Of a stretch of DNA of 64,000 bases, positions 1-15,000 are shown piece by piece (the stretch's first letter is position 1; every line of letters begins with the position of its first letter). The stretch covers positions 7,936,001 to 8,000,000 of the forward strand of contig OZ024742.1 in NCBI GenBank assembly GCA_964016885.1, given 5' to 3'. The stretch comes from Eledone cirrhosa. Its lineage: Eukaryota. The position numbers were made by a program, and so were the translations under genes. The notes under the pieces were generated by a model. It was given only the letters and a program-made list of their open reading frames with translations. It was not told where the DNA came from and searched no databases.

Positions 1-3000
1 CTGTACCAGGAACATGTCCTCCAAATACTCCCCACTCACCACCACTGTACCAGGAACATGTCCTCCAACTACACCCCACTCACCACCACTGTACCAGGAA
101 CATGTCCTCCAAATACTCCCCACTCACCACCACTGTACCAGGAACATGTCCTCCAACTACACCCCACTCACCACCACTGTACCAGGAACATGTCCTCCAA
201 ATACACCCCACTCACCACCACTGTACCAGGAACATGTCCTCCAACTACACCCCACTCACCACCACTGTACCAGGAACATGTCCTCCAACTACTCCCCACT
301 CACCACCACTGTACCAGGAACATGTCCTCCAAATACTCCCCACTCACCACCACTGTACCAGGAACATGTCCTCCAACTACACCCCACTCACCACCACTGT
401 ACCAGGAACATGTCCTCCAAATACTCCCCACTCACCACCACTGTACCAGGAACATGTCCTCCAACTACACCCCACTCACCACCACTGTACCAGGAACATG
501 TCCTCCAACTACACCCCACTCACCACCACTGTACCAGGAACATGTCCTCCAACTACACCCCACTCACCACCACTGTACCAGGAACATGTCCTCCAAATAC
601 TCCCCACTCACCACCACTGTACCAGGAACATGTCCTCCAACTACACCCCACTCACCACCACTGTACCAGGAACATGTCCTCCAAATACTCCCCACTCACC
701 ACCACTGTACCAGGAACATGTCCTCCAACTACACCCCACTCACCACCACTGTACCAGGAACATGTCCTCCAACTACACCCCACTCACCACCACTGTACCA
801 GGAACATGTCCTCCAACTACACCCCACTCACCACCACTGTACCAGGAACATGTCCTCCAAATACTCCCCACTCACCACCACTGTACCAGGAACATGTCCT
901 CCAACTACACCCCACTCACCACCACTGTACCAGGAACATGTCCTCCAACTACACCCCACTCACCACCACTGTACCAGGAACATGTCCTCCAAATACACCC
1001 CACTCACCACCACTGTACCAGGAACCTGTCCTCCAACTACACCCCACTCACCACCACTGTACCAGGAACATGTCCTCCAACTACACCCCACTCACCACCA
1101 CTGTACCAGGAACATGTCCTCCAACTACACCCCACTCACCACCACTGTACCAGGAACATGTCCTCCAAATACACCCCACTCACCACCACTGTACCAGGAA
1201 CCTGTCCTCCAACTACACCCCACTCACCACCACTGTACCAGGAACATGTCCTCCAAATACACCCCACTCACCACCACTGTACCAGGAACATGTCCTCCAA
1301 CTACACCCCACTCACCACCACTGTACCAGGAACATGTCCTCCAACTACACCCCACTCACCACCACTGTACCAGGAACATGTCCTCCAAATACACCCCACT
1401 CACCACCACTGTACCAGGAACCTGTCCTCCAACTACACCCCACTCACCACCACTGTACCAGGAACATGTCCTCCAACTACACCCCACTCACCACCACTGT
1501 ACCAGGAACATGTCCTCCAAATACACCCCACTCACCACCACTGTACCAGGAACATCTCCTCCAAGTACTCCCCACTCACCACCACTGTACCAGGAACATG
1601 TCCTCCAAATACACCCCACTCACCACCACTGTACCAGGAACCTGTCCTCCAAATACTCCCCACTCACCACCACTGTACCAGGAACCTGTCCTCCAACTAC
1701 ACCCCACTCACCACCACTGTACCAGGAACATGTCCTCCAACTACACCCCACTCACCACCACTGTACCAGGAACATCTCCTCCAAGTACTCCCCACTCACC
1801 ACCACTGTACCAGGAACATCTCCTCCAACTACACCCCACTCACCACCACTGTACCAGGAACATGTCCTCCAACTACACCCCACTCACCACCACTGTACCA
1901 GGAACATGTCCTCCAAATACACCCCACTCACCACCACTGTACCAGGAACATGTCCTCCAACTACACCCCACTCACCACCACTGTACCAGGAACATGTCCT
2001 CCAACTACACCCCACTCACCACCACTGTACCAGGAACATGTCCTCCAACTACACCCCACTCACCACCACTGTACCAGGAACATGTCCTCCAAATACTCCC
2101 CACTCACCACCACTGTACCAGGAACATGTCCTCCAAATACTCCCCACTCACTACCACTGTACCAGGAACATGTCCTCCAACTACACCCCACTCACCACCA
2201 CTGTACCAGGAACATCTCCTCCAAATACTCCCCACTCACCACCACTGTACCAGGAACATGTCCTCCAAATACTCCCCACTCACCACCACTGTACCAGGAA
2301 CATCTCCTCCAAGTACTCCCCACTCACCACCACTGTACCAGGAACATGTCCTCCAACTACACCCCACTCACCACCACTGTACCAGGAACATGTCCTCCAA
2401 ATACTCCCCACTCACCACCACTGTACCAGGAACATCTCCTCCAAGTACTCCCCACTCACCACCACTGTACCAGGAACATGTCCTCCAAATACACCCCACT
2501 CACCACCACTGTACCAGGAACATGTCCTCCAAATACTCCCCACTCACCACCACTGTACCAGGAACATGTCCTCCAACTACACCCCACTCACCACCACTGT
2601 ACCAGGAACATGTCCTCCAACTACACCCCACTCACCACCACTGTACCAGGAACATGTCCTCCAACTACACCCCACTCACCACCACTGTACCAGGAACATG
2701 TCCTCCAACTACACCCCACTCACCACCACTGTACCAGGAACATGTCCTCCAACTACACCCCACTCACCACCACTGTACCAGGAACATCTCCTCCAACTAC
2801 ACCCCACTCACCACCACTGTACCAGGAACATGTCCTCCAACTACACCCCACTCACCACCACTGTACCAGGAACATGTCCTCCAACTACACCCCACTCACC
2901 ACCACTGTACCAGGAACATGTCCTCCAAATACTCCCCACTCACCACCACTGTACCAGGAACATGTCCTCCAACTACACCCCACTCACCACCACTGTACCA

Positions 3001-6000
3001 GGAACATGTCCTCCAACTACACCCCACTCACCACCACTGTACCAGGAACATGTCCTCCAAATACTCCCCACTCACCACCACTGTACCAGGAACATGTCCT
3101 CCAAATACTCCCCACTCACCACCACTGTACCAGGAACATGTCCTCCAAATACTCCCCACTCACCACCACTGTACCAGGAACATCTCCTCCAAGTACTCCC
3201 TACTCACCACCACTGTACCAGGAACATGTCCTCCAAATACACCCCACTCACCACCACTGTACCAGGAACATGTCCTCCAAATACTCCCCACTCACCACCA
3301 CTGTACCAGGAACATGTCCTCCAACTACACCCCACTCACCACCACTGTACCAGGAACATGTCCTCCAACTACACCCCACTCACCACCACTGTACCAGGAA
3401 CATGTCCTCCAAATACTCCCCACTCACCACCACTGTACCAGGAACATGTCCTCCAAATACTCCCCACTCACCACCACTGTACCAGGAACATCTCCTCCAA
3501 GTACTCCCTACTCACCACCACTGTACCAGGAACATCTCCTCCAAATACTCCCCACTCACTACCACTGTACCAGGAACATGTCCTCCAAATACTCCCCACT
3601 CACCACCACTGTACCAGGAACATGTCCTCCAAATACTCCCCACTCACCACCACTGTACCAGGAACATCTCCTCCAACTACACCCCACTCACCACCACTGT
3701 ACCAGGAACATGTCCTCCAACTACACCCCACTCACCACCACTGTACCAGGAACATGTCCTCCAACTACACCCCACTCACCACCACTGTACCAGGAACATG
3801 TCCTCCAAATACTCCCCACTCACCACCACTGTACCAGGAACATGTCCTCCAAATACTCCCCACTCACCACCACTGTACCAGGAACATCTCCTCCAAGTAC
3901 TCCCCTACTCACCACCACTGTACCAGGAACATCTCCTCCAAATACTCCCCACTCACTACCACTGTACCAGGAACATGTCCTCCAAATACTCCCCCACTCA
4001 CCACCACTGTACCAGGAACATGTCCTCCAAATACTCCCCACTCACCACCACTGTACCAGGAACATCTCCTCCAACTACACCCCACTCACCACCACTGTAC
4101 CAGGAACATGTCCTCCAAATACTCCCCACTCACTACCACTGGTACCAGGAACATGTCCTCCAAATACTCCCCAGCTCACCACCAACTGTACCAGGAACAT
4201 CTCCTCCAACTACACCCCACTCACTCACCACTGTACCAGGAACATGTCCTCCAAATACTACCCCACTCACTACCACTGTACCAGGAACATGTCCTCCAAA
4301 TACTCCCCACTCACCACCCACTGTACCAGGAACATCTCCTCCAACTACACCCCACTCACCACCACTGTACCAGGAACATCTCCTCCAACTACACCCCACT
4401 CACCACCACTGTACCAGGAACATGTCCTCCAAATACTCCCCACTCACCACCACTGTACCAGGAACATCTCCTCCAACTACACCCCACTCACCACCACTGT
4501 ACCAGGAACATCTCCTCCAACTACACCCCACTCACCACCACTGTACCAGGAACATGTCCTCCAAATACTCCCCACTCACCACCACTGTACCAGGAACATC
4601 TCCTCCAACTACACCCCACTCACCACCACTGTACCAGGAACATCTCCTCCAACTACACCCCACTCACCACCACTGTACCAGGAACATGGGTCCTCCAACT
4701 ACACCCCGACTCACCACCACTGTACCAGGAACATGTCCTCCAAATACTCCCCACTCACCACCACTGTACCAGGAACATCTCCTCCAACTACACCCCACTC
4801 ACCACCACTGTACCAGGAACATCTCCTCCAACTACACCCCACTCACCACCACTGTACCAGGAACATGTCCTCCAAATACTCCCCACTCACCACCACTGTA
4901 CCAGGAACATCTCCTCCAGACTACACCCCACTCACCACCACTGTACCAGGAACATGTCCTCCAACTACACCCCACTCACCACCACTGTACCAGGAACATG
5001 TCCTCCAAATACTCCCCACTCACCACCACTGTACCAGGAACATGTCCTCCAAATACTCCCCACTCACCACCACTGTACCAGGAACATGTCCTCCAAATAC
5101 TCCCCACTCACCCACCACTGTACCAGGAACATCTCCTCCAACTACACCCCACTCACCACCACTGTACCAGGAACATGTCCTCCAACTACACCCCACTCAC
5201 CACCACTGTACCAGGAACATGTCCTCCAAATACTCCCCACTCACCACCACTGTACCAGGAACATCTCCTCCAACTACACCCCACTCACCACCACTGTACC
5301 AGGAACATCTCCTCCAACTACACCCCACTCACCACCACTGTACCAGGAACATCGTCCTCCAACTACACCCCACTCACCACCACTGTACCAGGAACATGTC
5401 CTCCAAATACTCCCCACTCACCACCACTGTACCAGGAACATGTCCTCCAAATACTCCCCACTCACCACCACTGTACCAGGAACATCTCCTCCAACTACAC
5501 CCCCACTCACCACCACTGTACCAGGAACATGTCCTCCAAATACTCCCCACTCACCACCACTGTACCAGGAACATCTCCTCCAACTACACCCCACTCACCA
5601 CCACTGTACCAGGAACATGTCCTCCAACTACACCCCACTCACCACCACTGTACCAGGAACATGTCCTCCAAATACTCCCCACTCACCACCACTGTACCAG
5701 GAACATGTCCTCCAACTACACCCCACTCACCACCACTGTACCAGGAACATGTCCTCCAACTACACCCCACTCACCACCACTGTACCAGGAACATGTCCTC
5801 CAAATACTCCCCACTCACCACCACTGTACCAGGAACATGTCCTCCAACTACACCCCACTCACCACCACTGTACCAGGAACATGTCCTCCAACTACACCCC
5901 ACTCACCACCACTGTACCAGGAACATGTCCTCCAAATACTCCCCACTCACCACCACTGTACCAGGAACTTGTCCTCCAACTACACCCACACTCACCACCA

Positions 6001-9000
6001 CTGTACCAGGAACATGTCCTCCAACTACACCCCACTCACCACCACTGTACCAGGAACATGTCCTCCAAATACTCCCCACTCACCACCACTGTACCAGGAA
6101 CATGTCCTCCAAATACTCCCCACTCACCACCACTGTACCAGGAACATGTCCTCCAAATACTCCCCACTCACCACCACTGTACCAGGAACTTGTCCTCCAA
6201 ATACTCCCACTCACCACCACTGTACCAGGAAATGTCCTCCAACTACTCCCCACTCACCACCTACTGTACCAGGAACATGTCCTCCAACTACTCCCCACTC
6301 ACCACCACTGTACCAGGAACATGTCCTCCAAATACTCCCCACTCACCACTAACTGTACCAGGAACATGTCCTCCAAATACTCCCCACTCACCACCACTGT
6401 ACAGGAACATGTCCCTCCAACTACTCCCCACTCACCACCACTGTAACCAGGAACATGTCCTCCAACTACTCCCCACTCACCACCACTGTACCAGGTAACA
6501 TGTCCTCCAACTACTCCCCACTCACCACCACTGTACCAGGAACTTGTCCTCCAACTACTCCCCACTCACCACCACTGTACCAGGAACATGTCCTCCAACT
6601 ACTCCCCACTCACCACCACTGTACCAGGAACATGTCCTCCAAATACTCCCCACTCACCACCACTGTACCAGGAACATGTCCTCCAAATACTCCCCACTCA
6701 CCACCACTGTACCAGGAACATGTCCTCCAACTACACCCCACTCACCACCACTGTACCAGGAACATGTCCTCCAAAGACTCCCCACTCACTACCACTGTAC
6801 CAGGAACATGTCCTCCAAATACTCCCCACTCACCACCACTGTACCAGGAACATGTCCTCCAAATACTCCCCACTCACTACCACTGTACCAGGAACATGTC
6901 CTCCAAATACTCCCCACTCACTACCACTGTACCAGGAACATGTCCTCCAAATACTCCCCACTCACCACCACTGTACCAGGAACATGTCCTCCAACTACAC
7001 CCCACTCACCACCACTGTACCAGGAACATGTCCTCCAACTACACCCCACTCACCACCACTGTACCAGGAACATGTCCTCCAAATACTCCCCACTCACCAC
7101 CACTGTACCAGGAACATGTCCTCCAACTACTCCCCACTCACCACCACTGTACCAGGAACATGTCCTCCAACTACTCCCCACTCACCACCACTGTACCAGG
7201 AACATGTCCTCCAAGTACTCCCCACTCACTACCACTGTACCAGGAACATGTCCTCCAAATACTCCCCACTCACCACCACTGTACCAGGAACATGTCCTCC
7301 AAATACTCCCCACTCACCACCACTGTACCAGGAACATGTCCTCCAAATACTCCCCACTCACCCACCACTGTACCAGGAACATGTCCTCCAACTACTCCCC
7401 CACTCACCACCACTGTACCAGGAACATGTCCTCCAACTACTCCCCACTCACCACCACTGTACCAGGAACATGTCCTCCAAATACTCCCCACTCACCACCA
7501 CTGTACCAGGAACATGTCCTCCAAATACTCCCCACTCACTACCACTGTACCAGGAACATGTCCTCCAAATACTCCCCACTCACCACCACTGTACCAGGAA
7601 CATGTCCTCCAACTACTCCCCACTCACTACCACTGTACCAGGAACATGTCCTCCAAATACTCCCCACTCACTACCACTGTACCAGGAACATGTCCTCCAA
7701 ATACTCCCCACTCACCACCACTGTACCAGGAACATCTCCTCCAACTACACCCCACTCACCACCACTGTACCAGGAACTTGTCCTCCAAATACTCCCCACT
7801 CACTACCACTGTACCAGGAACATGTCCTCCAAATACTCCCCACTCACCACCACTGTACCAGGAACTTGTCCTCCAAATACTCCCCCACTCACTACCACTG
7901 TACCAGGAACATGTCCTCCAAATACTCCCCACTCACCACCACTGTACCAGGAACATGTCCTCCAAATACTCCCCACTCACTACCACTGTACCAGGAACAT
8001 GTCCTCCAAATACTCCCACTCACTACCACTGTACCAGGAACATGTCCTCCAAATACTCCCCCACTCACCACCACTGTACCAGGAACATGTCCTCCAAATA
8101 CTCCCCACTCACCACCACTGTACCAGGAACATGTCCTCCAAATACTCCCCACTCACCACCACTGTACCAGGAACTTGTCCTCCAAATACTCCCCACTCAC
8201 TACCACTGTACCAGGAACATGTCCTCCAAATACTCCCCACTCACCACCACTGTACCAGGAACATGTCCTCCAAATACTCCCCACTCACTACCACTGTACC
8301 AGGAACATGTCCTCCAAATACTCCCACTCACCACCACTGTACCAGGAACATGTCCTCCAAATACTCCCCACTCACTACCACTGTACCAGGAACATGTCCT
8401 CCAAATACTCCCCACTCACCACCACTGTACCAGGAACATGTCCTCCAAATACTCCCCACTCACCACCACTGTACCAGGAACTTGTCCTCCAAATACTCCC
8501 CACTCACTACCACTGTACCAGGAACATGTCCTCCAAATACTCCCCACTCACCACCACTGTACCAGGAACTTGTCCTCCAAATACTCCCCCACTCAACTAC
8601 CACTGTACCAGGAACATGTCCTCCAAATACTCCCCACTCACTACCACTGTACCAGGAACATGTCCTCCAAATACTCCCCACTCACTACCACTGTACCAGG
8701 AACATGTCCTCCAAATACTCCCCACTCACCACCACTGTACCAGGAACATGTCCTCCAAATACTCCCCACTCACCACCACTGTACCAGGAACATGTCCTCC
8801 AAATACTCCCCACTCACCACCACTGTACCAGGAACTTGTCCTCCAAATACTCCCCACTCACTACCACTGTACCAGGAACATGTCCTCCAAATACTCCCCA
8901 CTCACCACCACTGTACCAGGAACATGTCCTCCAACTACTCCCCACTCACCACCACTGTACCAGGAACATGTCCTCCAAATACTCCCCACTCACCACCACT

Positions 9001-12000
9001 GTACCAGGAACATGTCCTCCAACTACACCCCACTCACCACCACTGTACCAGGAACATGTCCTCCAACTACTCCCCACTCACCACCACTGTACCAGGAACA
9101 TCGTCCTCCAATTACTCCCCACTCACCACCACTGTACCAGGAACATGTCCTCCAAATACTCCCCACTCACCACCACTGTACCAGGAACATGCTCCTCCAA
9201 GTACTCCCCACTCACCACCACTGTACCAGGAACATGTCCTCCCAAATACTCCCCACTCACCACCACTGTACCAGGAACATGCTCCTCCAAGTACTCCCCA
9301 CTCACCACCACTGTACCAGGAACATGTCCTCCAAATACTCCCCACTCACCACCACTGTACCAGGAACTTGTCCTCCAACTACACCCCACTCACCACCACT
9401 GTACCAGGAACATGTCCTCCAACTACACCCCACTCACCACCACTGTACCAGGAACATCTCCTCCAAGTACTCCCCACTCACCACCACTGTACCAGGAACA
9501 TGTCCTCCAAATACTCCCCACTCACCACCACTGTACCAGGAACATGTCCTCCAACTACACCCCACTCACCACCACTGTACCAGGAACATGTCCTCCAAAT
9601 ACTCCCCACTCACCACCACTGTACCAGGAACATGTCCTCCAAATACTCCCCACTCACCACCACTGTACCAGGAACATCTCCTCCAAGTACTCCCACTCAC
9701 CACCACTGTACCAGGAACATGTCCTCCAAATACTCCCCACTCACCACCACTGTACCAGGAACATCTCCTCCAAGTACTCCCCACTCACCACCACTGTACC
9801 AGGAACATGTCCTCCAAATACTCCCCACTCACCACCACTGTACCAGGAACTTGTCCTCCAACTACACCCCACTCACCACCACTGTACCAGGAACATGTCC
9901 TCCAACTACACCCCACTCACCACCACTGTACCAGGAACATGTCCTCCAAATACTCCCCACTCACCACCACTGTACCAGGAACATGTCCTCCAAATACTCC
10001 CCACTCACCACCACTGTACCAGGAACATCTCCTCCAAGTACTCCCCACTCACCACCACTGTACCAGGAACATGTCCTCCAAATACTCCCCACTCACCACC
10101 ACTGTACCAGGAACATCTCCTCCAAGTACTCCCCACTCACCACCACTGTACCAGGAACATGTCCTCCAAATACTCCCCACTCACCACCACTGTACCAGGA
10201 ACATGTCCTCCAAATACTCCCCACTCACCACCACTGTACCAGGAACTTGTCCTCCAACTACACCCCACTCACCACCACTGTACCAGGAACATGTCCTCCA
10301 ACTACACCCCACTCACCACCACTGTACCAGGAACATGTCCTCCAAATACTCCCCACTCACCACCACTGTACCAGGAACATGTCCTCCAAATACTCCCCAC
10401 TCACCACCACTGTACCAGGAACATCTCCTCCAAGTACTCCCTACTCACCACCACTGTACCAGGAACATGTCCTCCAAATACTCCCCACTCACCACCACTG
10501 TACCAGGAACTTGTCCTCCAACTACACCCCACTCACCACCACTGTACCAGGAACATGTCCTCCAACTACACCCCACTCACCACCACTGTACCAGGAACAT
10601 GTCCTCCAAATACTCCCCACTCACCACCACTGTACCAGGAACATGTCCTCCAAATACTCCCCACTCACCACCACTGTACCAGGAACATGTCCTCCAACTA
10701 CACCCCACTCACCACTACTGTACCAGGAACATGTCCTCCAAATACTCCCCACTCACCACCACTGTACCAGGAACATGTCCTCCAAATACTCCCCACTCAC
10801 TACCACTGTACCAGGAACATGTCCTCCAAATACTCCCCACTCACCACCACTGTACCAGGAACATCTCCTCCAACTACACCCCACTCACCACTACTGTACC
10901 AGGAACATGTCCTCCAAATACTCCCCACTCACCACCACTGTACCAGGAACATGTCCTCCAAATACTCCCCACTCACCACCACTGTACCAGGAACATGTCC
11001 TCCAACTACACCCCACTCACCACTACTGTACCAGGAACATGTCCTCCAAATACTCCCCACTCACCACCACTGTACCAGGAACATGTCCTCCAACTACACC
11101 CCACTCACCACCACTGTACCAGGAACTTGTCCTCCAACTACACCCCACTCACCACCACTGTACCAGGAACATCTCCTCCAACTACACCCCACTCACCACC
11201 ACTGTACCAGGAACATGTCCTCCAAATACTCCCCACTCACCACCACTGTACCAGGAACATGTCCTCCAAATACTCCCCACTCACCACCACTGTACCAGGA
11301 ACATGTCCTCCAACTACACCCCACTCACCACCACTGTACCAGGAACATGTCCTCCAAATACTCCCCACTCACCACCACTGTACCAGGAACATCTCCTCCA
11401 AATACACCCCACTCACCACCACTGTACCAGGAACTTGTCCTCCAACTACACCCCACTCACCACCACTGTACCAGGAACATCTCCTCCAACTACACCCCAC
11501 TCACCACCACTGTACCAGGAACATGTCCTCCAAATACTCCCCACTCACCACCACTGTACCAGGAACATGTCCTCCAAATACTCCCCACTCACCACCACTG
11601 TACCAGGAACATGTCCTCCAACTACACCCCACTCACCACCACTGTACCAGGAACATCTCCTCCAACTACACCCCACTCACCACTACTGTACCAGGAACAT
11701 GTCCTCCAAATACTCCCCACTCACCACCACTGTACCAGGAACATGTCCTCCAACTACACCCCACTCACCACCACTGTACCAGGAACATGTCCTCCAAATA
11801 CTCCCCACTCACCACCACTGTACCAGGAACATGTCCTCCAAATACTCCCCACTCACCACCACTGTACCAGGAACATGTCCTCCAACTACACCCCACTCAC
11901 CACTACTGTACCAGGAACATGTCCTCCAAATACTCCCCACTCACCACCACTGTACCAGGAACATGTCCTCCAACTACACCCCACTCACCACCACTGTACC

Positions 12001-15000
12001 AGGAACATGTCCTCCAAATACTCCCCACTCACCACCACTGTACCAGGAACATGTCCTCCAAATACTCCCCACTCACCACCACTGTACCAGGAACATGTCC
12101 TCCAACTACACCCCACTCACCACTACTGTACCAGGAACATGTCCTCCAAATACTCCCCACTCACCACCACTGTACCAGGAACATGTCCTCCAAATACTCC
12201 CCACTCACCACCACTGTACCAGGAACATGTCCTCCAACTACACCCCACTCACCACCACTGTACCAGGAACATGTCCTCCAAATACTCCCCACTCACCACC
12301 ACTGTACCAGGAACATGTCCTCCAACTACACCCCACTCACCACCACTGTACCAGGAACATGTCCTCCAAATACTCCCCACTCACCACCACTGTACCAGGA
12401 ACATCTCCTCCAACTACACCCCACTCACCACTACTGTACCAGGAACATGTCCTCCAAATACTCCCCACTCACCACCACTGTACCAGGAACATGTCCTCCA
12501 ACTACACCCCACTCACCACCACTGTACCAGGAACATGTCCTCCAAATACTCCCCACTCACCACCACTGTACCAGGAACATGTCCTCCAAATACTCCCCAC
12601 TCACCACCACTGTACCAGGAACATGTCCTCCAACTACACCCCACTCACCACTACTGTACCAGGAACATGTCCTCCAAATACTCCCCACTCACCACCACTG
12701 TACCAGGAACATCTCCTCCAAATACTCCCCACTCACCACCACTGTACCAGGAACATGTCCTCCAACTACACCCCACTCACCACCACTGTACCAGGAACAT
12801 GTCCTCCAACTACACCCCACTCACCACTACTGTACCAGGAACATGTCCTCCAAATACTCCCCACTCACCACCACTGTACCAGGAACATCTCCTCCAAATA
12901 CTCCCCACTCACCACCACTGTACCAGGAACATGTCCTCCAACTACACCCCACTCACCACCACTGTACCAGGAACATGTCCTCCAACTACACCCCACTCAC
13001 CACTACTGTACCAGGAACATGTCCTCCAAATACTCCCCACTCACCACCACTGTACCAGGAACATGTCCTCCAAATACTCCCCACTCACCACCACTGTACC
13101 AGGAACATGTCCTCCAACTACACCCCACTCACCACCACTGTACCAGGAACATGTCCTCCAAATACTCCCCACTCACCACCACTGTACCAGGAACATGTCC
13201 TCCAACTACACCCCACTCACCACCACTGTACCAGGAACATGTCCTCCAAATACTCCCCACTCACCACCACTGTACCAGGAACATCTCCTCCAACTACACC
13301 CCACTCACCACTACTGTACCAGGAACATGTCCTCCAAATACTCCCCACTCACCACCACTGTACCAGGAACATGTCCTCCAACTACACCCCACTCACCACC
13401 ACTGTACCAGGAACATGTCCTCCAAATACTCCCCACTCACCACCACTGTACCAGGAACATGTCCTCCAAATACTCCCCACTCACCACCACTGTACCAGGA
13501 ACATGTCCTCCAACTACACCCCACTCACCACTACTGTACCAGGAACATGTCCTCCAAATACTCCCCACTCACCACCACTGTACCAGGAACATCTCCTCCA
13601 ACTACACCCCACTCACCACCACTGTACCAGGAACTTGTCCTCCAAATACTCCCCACTCACTACCACTGTACCAGGAACATGTCCTCCAACTACACCCCAC
13701 TCACTACCACTGTACCAGGAACATGTCCTCCAAATACTCCCCACTCACTACCACTGTACCAGGAACATGTCCTCCAAATACTCCCCACTCACCACCACTG
13801 TACCAGGAACATGTCCTCCAACTACACCCCACTCACCACCACTGTACCAGGAACATGTCCTCCAAATACTCCCCACTCACCACCACTGTACCAGGAACAT
13901 GTCCTCCAACTACACCCCACTCACCACCACTGTACCAGGAACATGTCCTCCAACTACACCCCACTCACCACCACTGTACCAGGAACATGTCCTCCAAATA
14001 CTCCCCACTCACCACCACTGTACCAGGAACTTGTCCTCCAAATACTCCCCACTCACCACCACTGTACCAGGAACATGTCCTCCAACTACACCCCACTCAC
14101 CACCACTGTACCAGGAACATGTCCTCCAAATACTCCCCACTCACCACCACTGTACCAGGAACATGTCCTCCAACTACACCCCACTCACCACCACTGTACC
14201 AGGAACATGTCCTCCAAATACTCCCCACTCACCACCACTGTACCAGGAACATGTCCTCCAACTACACCCCACTCACCACCACTGTACCAGGAACTTGTCC
14301 TCCAAATACTCCCCACTCACTACCACTGTACCAGGAACATGTCCTCCAACTACACCCCACTCACCACCACTGTACCAGGAACATGTCCTCCAAATACTCC
14401 CCACTCACCACCACTGTACCAGGAACATGTCCTCCAACTACACCCCACTCACCACCACTGTACCAGGAACATCTCCTCCAACTACACCCCACTCACCACC
14501 ACTGTACCAGGAACATGTCCTCCAAATACTCCCCACTCACCACCACTGTACCAGGAACATGTCCTCCAACTACTCCCCACTCACCACCACTGTACCAGGA
14601 ACATGTCCTCCAACTACACCCCACTCACCACCACTGTACCAGGAACATGTCCTCCAACTACACCCCACTCACCACCACTGTACCAGGAACATGTCCTCCA
14701 AATACTCCCCACTCACCACCACTGTACCAGGAACATGTCCTCCAAATACTCCCCACTCACCACCACTGTACCAGGAACATGTCCTCCAACTACACCCCAC
14801 TCACCACCACTGTACCAGGAACATGTCCTCCAACTACACCCCACTCACCACCACTGTACCAGGAACATCTCCTCCAAGTACTCCCCACTCACCACCACTG
14901 TACCAGGAACATGTCCTCCAAATACTCCCCACTCACCACCACTGTACCAGGAACATGTCCTCCAACTACACCCCACTCACCACCACTGTACCAGGAACAT

